64,000 nucleotides of DNA, taken from the NCBI GenBank assembly GCA_039986455.1, contig JBDWQQ010000151.1, positions 4,376-68,375 on the forward strand. The letters run 5' to 3'. The stretch comes from Halioglobus sp. GTDB lineage: Bacteria > Pseudomonadota > Gammaproteobacteria > Pseudomonadales > Halieaceae. Below, piece by piece: positions 56,503 through 64,000 of this stretch (position 1 is its first letter; the number at the start of each line of letters is the position of its first letter). Below the pieces are notes generated by a model that saw only the letters and a list, made by a program, of their open reading frames with translations, did not search any database and was not told the origin of the DNA. Position numbers and translations under genes: made by a program.

Positions 56503-57951
56503 TCACTTAGGGAATTGCGTCATATTAACCGGCGCGGGGTTAGGGTATTTCTGCAGCGACTTTTGGTACTCGCCAATCAACTTCAGGTACGGACCGATTA
56601 CCCAAGCACTTGTGCCAAGTACATTCATTTCCTCACGTGGGTCAGCCTCTATATTGAAAATCGCGGGAAAGCCGTTCCCCTCCTGACGTTGACCCGCAAG
56701 ACCATACATTGCCGGGTTTCCCGCCGAGCTCACAAATTGCTTGGGGTAAATCCTGTACTGACGCCAACGCACGGCTGCGACTTCTTCGCCGACAAAGGAA
56801 ATTAGACTCTCCCGATTGGAGTTAGGCTGACTACCAATCAGAAAATTGCTCTGATCAACGCCATCGATCGGCCTGTCGGTGGGAATATCCGCGCCGATGA
56901 TCGCCGCAAGAGTCGGGAAAAAGTCGTGGACGGAAACCATCTCGTTACTGACGCGCGGCTCGATCTTACCTGGCCACTTAATCATGCCAATGGTGCGGAT
57001 GGAGCCTTCCAGCGCATCTCCAAGCTCTCCGCGAAATGGGCCATTGGAACCTGGACGAGAATCAGATGGGCCGGAAGTCGGGGCAGCTGCATTATCTGAG
57101 AGCCACAGAACGATAGTGTTGTCCTCAATACCGGCCGACTTAATCGCATCCAGCACTTGGCCAGTGCGGTAATCGAGCTCCATTACAGCGTCGCCGTAGC
57201 CACCGATACGTGACTTCCCGACAAATTCAGGCGCAGCCAGCGTAGGATAATGGGTGTGAGTCCAGCCAACGTATAAGAAGAAGGGTTGCTTCTCTTTAGC
57301 CTGGCGTTGGATGAAATCGACAGACGCCTTGGCGATGTCGCCTTCTACTTGTTGGCGATACTCCAGCGTATACGGTCTCACCTTCTTCAGGTCACCATTC
57401 GCCTTCGACTCCCAGATGTACGGCTCCGCCGCTGCTACCACCGCCTCAGGTAAACCGGCCCTCTCCATAGACTCACGGTACAAAGTGCCATCGGTGGTCT
57501 CCAGTACGCCCACATGGTATTCATCGAAGCCCTGACGAGTCGGCCAGCTCTGCTCACTTGAACCTAGATGCCACTTACCCGCAATAGCGGTGGCATAACC
57601 CCGGCTTTTGAATAGCTCACCCAGGGTCACTTCCTCTGCCTGAAGCGTATTAGGAGTGTTAGCGACGATAACGGTGCTCAAGCCTGACCGCGGCGAATAC
57701 CGCCCGGTCATCAGCGCCGCGCGTGACGGCGTGCAGCCGGGCTCTACTAAGTATTGGGTTAGACGCAAACCCTGTTCGGCAATAGAGTCTATCCGCGGGG
57801 TGGGCATACCGCGCACCTCGCCCGCGCCATAGGCGCCGATATCTCCATAACCGACATTGTCGCCCAACATGATGACAACATTGGGATTGTCTTGAGCAAT
57901 CACAGAGTCCGTTAGGGCAAAAAGTAACATTGGTATCAAAAAGCGTTTCAT
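56503..57951 (-). CDS. Arylsulfatase (formylglycine-dependent sulfatase family), secreted
   Basis: Signal peptide, CTPSRAALMTGR motif, and GGAGGAAA upstream of the ATG at 57951. Confidence 0.9.
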   Translation of the reverse strand: MKRFLIPMLLFALTDSVIAQDNPNVVIMLGDNVGYGDIGAYGAGEVRGMPTPRIDSIAEQGLRLTQYLVEPGCTPSRAALMTGRYSPRSGLSTVIVANTPNTLQAEEVTLGELFKSRGYATAIAGKWHLGSSEQSWPTRQGFDEYHVGVLETTDGTLYRESMERAGLPEAVVAAAEPYIWESKANGDLKKVRPYTLEYRQQVEGDIAKASVDFIQRQAKEKQPFFLYVGWTHTHYPTLAAPEFVGKSRIGGYGDAVMELDYRTGQVLDAIKSAGIEDNTIVLWLSDNAAAPTSGPSDSRPGSNGPFRGELGDALEGSIRTIGMIKWPGKIEPRVSNEMVSVHDFFPTLAAIIGADIPTDRPIDGVDQSNFLIGSQPNSNRESLISFVGEEVAAVRWRQYRIYPKQFVSSAGNPAMYGLAGQRQEGNGFPAIFNIEADPREEMNVLGTSAWVIGPYLKLIGEYQKSLQKYPNPAPVNMTQFPK

Positions 57952-58030
57952 ATTTCCTCCCACGAGATTCTCTCAGCTTGTGCAGCATTACCGGCTTCAG
58001 GATAAGGCAGTTCCCACTGAGTGCCATTGT

Positions 58031-58459
58031 TCATTCACTAAAAGGCGCACCCGCAAGATGTAACATTGTGTAGTTTGCAAGAGCAGCCTTTCGATGTCTG
58101 GACGCCGATTCGAACACTGGATCAGACAGCATCTGCATAAACGCTTTCCTTGTCGGGAAATACATCACCGCAGCTAAATCCCACGATGGGTCTGAGGGTC
58201 CGATCAATGTCTGATCTACTGGTGTACTAAAAACAACTCTACCACCAAGGTCTCGAATAGAACTGCCTGCAATGTCTCCGTATCGGGCGTAAGCCTCCCG
58301 TCCTGTTACATCAGCCTCGGATGTCCCATATTCAGGGTCTTCTGGTTGATACTGGGCCTTGGCATTGAATTGAAAAAGGTTCAAAGCGGCCACAGGCGCA
58401 TCAGCGGGTAAAGACTGCAATTTCGTTATTTGCTCTTGAGTAGGTACCAATACAGACAT
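58031..58459 (-). CDS. DUF1330 domain protein
   Basis: 142 aa; FPTRKAFMQMLSDPVFESASRHRKAAL resembles DUF1330. Confidence 0.75.
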   Translation of the reverse strand: MSVLVPTQEQITKLQSLPADAPVAALNLFQFNAKAQYQPEDPEYGTSEADVTGREAYARYGDIAGSSIRDLGGRVVFSTPVDQTLIGPSDPSWDLAAVMYFPTRKAFMQMLSDPVFESASRHRKAALANYTMLHLAGAPFSE

Positions 58460-58528
58460 AAGACCCTCAAAGATACGTATTCATGTGTGGCCGCATTACA
58501 ACCGCTTAAGGCGTGACCGAAAAGCGAT

Positions 58529-59359
58529 TCACGAGGCACTGGCTCGGTTGCGATATTTTTCTTTGTTCTTGGCGCCCTTCTTGTAAAGTGATGGCCGCAT
58601 TTTCCGGCGTAACCATGGGAAGAGATAGCTCAGGTTAGTTAAACGGCCGCTCATGGCGGGCATGCAAATCTCCACGCTTTCGCCATTAGCCACTGCCACC
58701 ACCGCCTCTGCCACTTCGCCAGCGGTACTCATCGGTTGCGAATAAACGATATCTTCCACTTCGTCGATGCTATCCATGATAAATGCAGTATCAATGGGAC
58801 CCGGTGCTACTACACCCACATTGATATCACTGCCAGCGAGTTCGTCTGCGAGTGAGTGGGCAAATGCCTTTAGACCTGCCTTGGTAGACGCGTAGGTCGC
58901 GGCCCCCTGCATTGGCGTGCGACCCGCGAGAGAGCCGACCATAACCACGGCGCCGCCGCCGGCTTTGCGGATGTGAGGCAACGCGAGCGCGGTCAGGTAG
59001 ATCGGCGCCCGTAAATTGACATCGACCATTTGGGCCATATTTGCAGGCGTTTGTGTTTCTACCGCACCGCGATGGTGTGCGCCTGCGTTATTCACCAGCA
59101 CATGAATAGCACCAAACTCAGCCGCAGCTTGCTCGACCAAGGCTTGGCATCCCGCCTCGTCTGCAACGTCCATGGGAATAGCGAGTACACTGGTTTTATC
59201 GCGCAGCGTATCGGCAAAAGTATTCAGTGCCTCCTCGCCCCGCGCAGATAGCACGAGTCGGGCCCCTAGGTCCGCAAATAGTTCGGCGCAAGCGGCACCC
59301 ACACCCGCCGAGGCGCCGGTGATAATGACGGTTTTGTCTTTGAAGTTCGATGTGCTCAT
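58529..59359 (-). CDS. Short-chain dehydrogenase/reductase
   Basis: TGASAGVG, NNAG, YASTKAG. Confidence 0.9.
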   Translation of the reverse strand: MSTSNFKDKTVIITGASAGVGAACAELFADLGARLVLSARGEEALNTFADTLRDKTSVLAIPMDVADEAGCQALVEQAAAEFGAIHVLVNNAGAHHRGAVETQTPANMAQMVDVNLRAPIYLTALALPHIRKAGGGAVVMVGSLAGRTPMQGAATYASTKAGLKAFAHSLADELAGSDINVGVVAPGPIDTAFIMDSIDEVEDIVYSQPMSTAGEVAEAVVAVANGESVEICMPAMSGRLTNLSYLFPWLRRKMRPSLYKKGAKNKEKYRNRASAS

Positions 59360-59522
59360 GGGCTTCTCACATGTCCAAATTGATAGATGTTGTATTTACG
59401 GTCTTCTGTGGCGCCATTGTAGCCTGACTTACGCCAGGTTGTGAGCAGTCGCTTTTGGGCGGCGATTGACTCATGGGCCGGTGTTCACTCATAACGTCTC
59501 TTGGCTAACAGTCACCAAGCAC

Positions 59523-60035
59523 TCACTCAAGCACTCTAAGAATTTGTATGCGCTCCCCATCGAGCCCAATTATTTGTGTATGGGTAACGCGAAAATCTCC
59601 TATTTTTGCGTACTGTACCCTCTCGTCGGAAAAAGCGGGCTTGGCTCCTTTTGATATCGCTAAATCATACGTGGCCTTTACATCTGCAACCTCAATCGCA
59701 AAATGATTGATGGGCTCTTGTACCTCTTGCCGAGCATCGGGATCAGCCCTTTGTAGAAACTCAAGATGCATACCGTTGTCACCAACCAGATAGAGCCCAG
59801 CCAACGGGACTGTTTGATAATTTTCATCATCAAAACTGATGTCCATGCTATCCCACTCTCTGACAACCTTTAGACCAAACACGGATGTATAAAAATCTTT
59901 TGTTCTTTCTAAGTTGGTAACATAGACACCAATATCGTAAACATTCGAGCCCGATTGTCCTTGAGCGCTGGCAAAAGTCGAGACTCCCATTAACGTGAGG
60001 ATAAAGATTAATCTGGATAAAGGTGCATTAACCAT
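59523..60035 (-). CDS. Secreted VOC/glyoxalase family protein
   Basis: Start at the ATG at 60035 (GGAGAG upstream) gives the signal peptide MVNAPLSRLIFILTLMGVSTFASA. VOC motifs FYTSVFGL and HFAIEV. Confidence 0.75.
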   Translation of the reverse strand: MVNAPLSRLIFILTLMGVSTFASAQGQSGSNVYDIGVYVTNLERTKDFYTSVFGLKVVREWDSMDISFDDENYQTVPLAGLYLVGDNGMHLEFLQRADPDARQEVQEPINHFAIEVADVKATYDLAISKGAKPAFSDERVQYAKIGDFRVTHTQIIGLDGERIQILRVLE

Positions 60036-60224
60036 TTCTAGTCTCTCCGTGTTTCCGAAATTAGATGGCAGTAAGCTTGGCATTCGCCCGACATAGATTA
60101 AGAGCTTTCGCCTATAGCTGTTGAACTGCGAATTTGATAAGCGCGATGAGGCAGCAGCTACTGCTGCGCCCATATGCCACCTATGCCCCGCTGCTATGCC
60201 CCGCTACGATGACTCACTGCTTTT

Positions 60225-60719
60225 TTAGTAAGCGCCTTGCGAATAGGTCAATTCATAGCTGTGTGAGTACACTTCGAAGATAAGACCAAAAGGATCCTCG
60301 ACGTAGCACATTTTGTAGGGCTTTTCTCCGGGATAGTACTCACGAATCGGCATTCGTTGTTTACCGCCGTGTTCAACAATTTTAGCGACCAGACCCTCGA
60401 TATCCGGGTCCTGGACACAAAAATGAAAAGTACTCGTTTTCCAGTACTCGAAGTCTTTGGGTGTCTCGTTGTTTTTGAACTCAAACATTTCAACGCCAAT
60501 TTTATCGCCAGTGGACATGTGTGCGATTTTGAACGAGCCCCAACCTGCACCAAAAACATCGATACACATTTGGCCTATGGGTGTATCTGACTCCTCTGTA
60601 ATAACGGTAGGCTCCATGATGTGGTACCAACCCATAACGTCACTGTAGAACTTTGCTGCTTTCTCTACATCAGGAACGGAAATTCCAATATGCGAAAATG
60701 TTCTGGGATATGTGCTCAT
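60225..60719 (-). CDS. VOC/glyoxalase family protein
   Basis: 164 aa; FSHIGISVPDVEKAAKFY, HFCVQ, DPFGLIFE. Confidence 0.85.
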   Translation of the reverse strand: MSTYPRTFSHIGISVPDVEKAAKFYSDVMGWYHIMEPTVITEESDTPIGQMCIDVFGAGWGSFKIAHMSTGDKIGVEMFEFKNNETPKDFEYWKTSTFHFCVQDPDIEGLVAKIVEHGGKQRMPIREYYPGEKPYKMCYVEDPFGLIFEVYSHSYELTYSQGAY

Positions 60720-60886
60720 AGTGTTTCCTTTAGCGACTAGTTAGTGAAGGTAGTAGAACTTCGTTTTAAAGATAAGGCAGTCTCAAAATTATAGACTAAT
60801 TTACTGTTGCCACAGCCCGAATGCAGGTACTCAGATCTGTATTGGCAGCGCTTGGACGGCTCGGTGTTTTGATATCGCACACTTTG

Positions 60887-61363
60887 CTAGGTATTAGAAC
60901 GACCTACGTATTTAGAACGATATTTGGGCAGCAGGATGAAACCGGCGGCTATTAGAATCAGCATAAAGTAAGTGTCGATGTTCGAAACACTATCTAGCAA
61001 CTGGACGGCACTGGGGACATGTACGAAGATCTCGCTGATCGTTGCACATAAAAGGCCGATGTAAGACCAATTCATAAAGAAATAGTGCGCTTCTAATTTT
61101 CTGTAACGTATCGCGACGTACCCTGCCAATAAAGGCAAAAGACTGGCTACTGCCATCCAGTGGAAGAAACCCCATCCATCAAACAGTTTGTAGATTCCAA
61201 ATGCAGTTAAGTTAAGCCCCAACATCGACCCAAAATAGATCCGCCCTATCAAACGGTGTCTTGGGGTACCTTTCTTCACAAGCAAGACTATTAGCCCACT
61301 GATAAGCGACGAAAAGCCGAAAACAATATGTATTATTTCTATCATATAAATTCTATCTGCCAA
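60887..61363 (-). CDS. DUF2306-like multi-pass membrane protein
   Basis: 158 aa, 4-5 TM segments; KKGTPRHRLIGRIYF resembles DUF2306. Alternative start at 61345. Confidence 0.55.
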   Translation of the reverse strand: MADRIYMIEIIHIVFGFSSLISGLIVLLVKKGTPRHRLIGRIYFGSMLGLNLTAFGIYKLFDGWGFFHWMAVASLLPLLAGYVAIRYRKLEAHYFFMNWSYIGLLCATISEIFVHVPSAVQLLDSVSNIDTYFMLILIAAGFILLPKYRSKYVGRSNT

Positions 61364-61395
61364 CTTTTTCTAATGATCTTCAAGACAAGGGCGCC

Positions 61396-61947
61396 CTACT
61401 TCCGGCCCCTCCTCCAATCCCACGGCGGCACAGGATTAGGATCGGCCCACAGGCCCAGTTTTTGAGCTTTAGCATGCTTTTCCGCCTCCTGCAGTGGCCT
61501 CTCGTACTTGGCATGCCGCCTATACCACCATGCGTATCCGCGTTGAACCATCGCTCGATTGATGTCCTTACCATCAAGATAAATCGTCCCGACGGTTCGA
61601 CCGTACTGATCCTGCTCGACGACAGCAACCCCCACAGTCTCACCCGCTATCATCCCCGCCAAAGCGTCCTTGGATTTGCGGTAGTACGGCTGGTCTCTTT
61701 CAGGGCTATCAATGCCATAAAGGCGAATTTTTGTCTGTACGCCTTTACCTTCAAACACATGAATGGTGTCCCCATCGACAACTCTCGCCACTCTTCCCGT
61801 GATCTCAAACTCAGTAGGGACAGCCTCTCTGGCAGCGCCTAGATCCTCAATAGCATCAGCCGCTTTCCTCCACCCAGCATCGGGTCTATTGGCGTAGCCC
61901 GTGACGCTATTTTCGACAGACTCATAGAATGCCTTAAACCAGGTCAC
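61396..61947 (-). CDS. Thermonuclease (staphylococcal nuclease, SNase fold)
   Basis: VVDGDTIHV...IRLYGIDSPE...DQYGRTVG...GLWAD. GTG at 61947 is the first canonical start, but the frame stays open upstream to 62100 and encodes a TM-like helix. Confidence 0.85.
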   Translation of the reverse strand: MTWFKAFYESVENSVTGYANRPDAGWRKAADAIEDLGAAREAVPTEFEITGRVARVVDGDTIHVFEGKGVQTKIRLYGIDSPERDQPYYRKSKDALAGMIAGETVGVAVVEQDQYGRTVGTIYLDGKDINRAMVQRGYAWWYRRHAKYERPLQEAEKHAKAQKLGLWADPNPVPPWDWRRGRK

Positions 61948-62230
61948 CTTGCCTGTGGTGGCATACTGAAAAACGCTAATGACAACTGCGAATATCAGAA
62001 TGTTCCGAGGTGAAAATAGGCGCGGCGTACGTTTTTTACTTTTAGACTTGCTGATTGTTCTTCTTCCTTTGCCAGATACCGCTATTTTGCACTGACTAAG
62101 CTATCAATTACTACCTGCATCCGCTTCCAGAAAAACGCTTTTCAATGGGGCTACGCTGTCTTAAGCGGGTTTATCACATGACGCGATTTACTCAGGCGTA
62201 ATGCCTGCCATAAATGACCAGCCGAGAGAC

Positions 62231-62401
62231 TCACCCCAAAATCAGTTCATACATGTAGCGACCTGGTACGAAGGTAAAACCTCCCGCGATCATAATGGCT
62301 CCAATGTAGAGCGACCACATAATCCTGCGGTGGCGCTTCACCTCGCCCCTGCGGATCGCGATGAGAGCCGCGGGCACGAAAAAGGAACATTGACCTGTCA
62401 A
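62231..62401 (-). pseudogene. Possible C-terminal remnant of a DUF2306-like membrane protein
   Basis: Own translation: ...SFFVPAALIAIRRGEVKRHRRIMWSLYIGAIMIAGGFTFVPGRYMYELILG. An in-frame TAG lies just upstream and only TTG/GTG starts are available. Confidence 0.3.
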
Positions 62402-62607
62402 ATTCTACGCACTTGCCAATACACTGCATAGCGTAAGCCATTGGACACAACCTTGAATACAGCGCGATCGATATTCGTGCGCGAGTTTCACTCTATGCAG
62501 CTCAATCATCAAACGGATGCCGCTGCGTCGATTTAATGGGGTTTCCAATCCAACAATAATTATTGATACTCTTAAGCCACTAGTTTGTGGCCACGGACAA
62601 AAAGACA

Positions 62608-63372
62608 ATGCTTCTTAGAAGAGTCATCGACCATGTTGAATCGCAAAACTGGTTCGCGGTTTGCATCGACTTTGTCATTGTTGTTGCGGGTGTACTCTTC
62701 GCTCTTACCGCCGAGCAATGGTTGCGAGATGCTCAACAACGTGAGGACCTTGACCAGGCCGAGGCAATCGTAAATTACGATCTTCTGACCAACCTTTTCG
62801 CCGCAAGGGAACTCTTAGCGTTAGCGCCTTGCCGGCGTGAGCGTACGGCAACTCTTTCCCTGCTGTTAAAAGAAGATGATAACAACTGGAATGGACTGCC
62901 ATGGCAAGCTCACTCAGGCGCGTTCGGTTCTCAACTCCCTGAAGTTTTACCGACGCCCTACAGGCTTTGGGGCTCGCGAATATGGGACGCAGAGTCAAGC
63001 ATAGGGACATTCACTGCCATGGATACTGAGCGCCGACGAGCACTCGATAGTATCTTCACTGGCGCAAACGTCATACTCAGAAAGCAGGAAGATATTTTCG
63101 ATGCACAGTCGCGATTGAAGATTCTGGCTATGGAGCGAAAAATGAACTCTAGCGAACGCGTCAAATACCTAGAGATCCTGCACTATCACGATCAGCAGAG
63201 TGGAATGCTTGAGCTACTTGCCCAGCAAACGGTAGTACAACTCGAGTCTTTTGGCTTCAGCTCAGACGAATCTTATCTTGAAGAGTTCAGCGAGTACTTT
63301 CCCACTTATACCGAAGCACGCATTGAGCGTTACGGGAGCTGTTTCATTCCCTTTGAAATGCCTTTCCTCTGA
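62608..63372 (+). CDS. Hypothetical N-terminally anchored protein, distant family-A-like layout
   Basis: ATG at 62608. N-terminal TM helix (WFAVCIDFVIVVAGVLFALTAEQW), then a helical body. Confidence 0.5.
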   Translation: MLLRRVIDHVESQNWFAVCIDFVIVVAGVLFALTAEQWLRDAQQREDLDQAEAIVNYDLLTNLFAARELLALAPCRRERTATLSLLLKEDDNNWNGLPWQAHSGAFGSQLPEVLPTPYRLWGSRIWDAESSIGTFTAMDTERRRALDSIFTGANVILRKQEDIFDAQSRLKILAMERKMNSSERVKYLEILHYHDQQSGMLELLAQQTVVQLESFGFSSDESYLEEFSEYFPTYTEARIERYGSCFIPFEMPFL

Positions 63373-63437
63373 TAGGCCAAGGCATTAAGGCGGGAAAATT
63401 CACTCTAAATAACCAATTTAGCAGATGCCACAGTGAA

Positions 63438-63803
63438 TCATTCCAGAGAGCCCGTTCCCACGAAGCCAACCATTCGGGACACCTTACCCCCTTCGGTTTC
63501 AACGTAGTACTGGCCTATCTGAGTCACCTCATTGCCGTCGGGACCCTTGCCGCCAAAGGCAACCGTGGCGCGAGTAATCTGCGCGATGGTGTCGGAACCG
63601 AGCACCCTGGCAGACCAACCTGGAGCGTTCGCAGCGAACATGCCTACGTAATCGTTTAGCGCGTTGATGCCCTTTACCGTTTGCGGTGTGCGCGGGTCGT
63701 CGTATTCAATCGCGTCCGTGACGGCGCTGTTTATTAGCTTGAGTCTCTCATCAGAAGATTCGATACTCCAAGCCTCAAAAAATGTGGATATTGCGTCAGC
63801 CAT
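63438..63803 (-). CDS. NTF2-like (SnoaL-type) protein, paralog of 45090-45452
   Basis: 121 aa; FFEAWSIESSDERL... mirrors MLAAWNEADSERV... of the 45090 ORF. Confidence 0.65.
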   Translation of the reverse strand: MADAISTFFEAWSIESSDERLKLINSAVTDAIEYDDPRTPQTVKGINALNDYVGMFAANAPGWSARVLGSDTIAQITRATVAFGGKGPDGNEVTQIGQYYVETEGGKVSRMVGFVGTGSLE

Positions 63804-64000
63804 ACATTTCTTCCATTTTCGCTACGTGTCATAAACCCGCAAAGACTATATACCAAATGCAAGCTGCTGCGCGAAATCGAGCTATATAGCACCTGGGTAT
63901 TGGGCAGCTAATGCGCGTTTTCCCTGTGTAAGCTGCCAGCCGCATACCCTTAACGACTTTGAGCCTATCCTTTGGATAACGACTAAACAAACCAGCAAGG

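Noticed and set aside
60181-60206. Tandem 13-bp direct repeat ctatgccccgct(g/a) x2 between the two VOC genes
   Set aside because: Only two units, with no further copies in the window. Likely a slippage duplication without evident function.

Overview
64-kb chromosomal window whose gene content suggests a gammaproteobacterium, possibly marine (a guess, not a search result). I call about 70 protein-coding genes. By eye I found no rRNA, tRNA, CRISPR array, IS transposase or integrase. Ordinary metabolic blocks: NMO plus PutA (1-4.1 kb). Two fatty-acid desaturases, an AraC regulator, an iodotyrosine-deiodinase-like nitroreductase and a truncated hemoglobin (4.3-8.4 kb). An Lrp-linked Phe/Tyr catabolic cluster, hppD-VOC-FAH-maiA-long aromatic amino acid hydroxylase-dihydropteridine reductase (22.1-28.4 kb). 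A PlsB-like acyltransferase, a YejABEF-like peptide ABC importer (30.4-36.5 kb), DbpA, a RIO kinase, DUF3604, amidohydrolases, SDRs, PhyH with TetR, and a sulfatase. The standout is two islands of short, co-oriented, mostly uncharacterised ORFs: about 12.95-19.2 kb on the + strand (decayed traces back to about 8.4 kb) and about 46.8-52.5 kb on the - strand. In both, nearly every intergenic gap holds a copy of one ~95-bp composite palindromic repeat: two 24-nt hairpins GTCCGC-N12-GCGGAC in inverted orientation around a 32-35-nt spacer, plus a conserved tail. The repeat has fixed polarity relative to the ORFs, and the upstream stop codon is often part of the first stem. Five copies of one small membrane-protein family and three to four of another are spread over both islands, alongside typical cassette cargo (GNAT, DHFR-like, STAS, GFA, SnoaL, PD-(D/E)xK nuclease). 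This looks like integron-type cassette arrays without an integrase (CALIN-like). However, I could not place canonical attC boxes in the canonical order, so a BIME/REPIN-type element or an undescribed cassette system are live alternatives. The two arrays are inverted relative to each other around 27 kb of ordinary genes.
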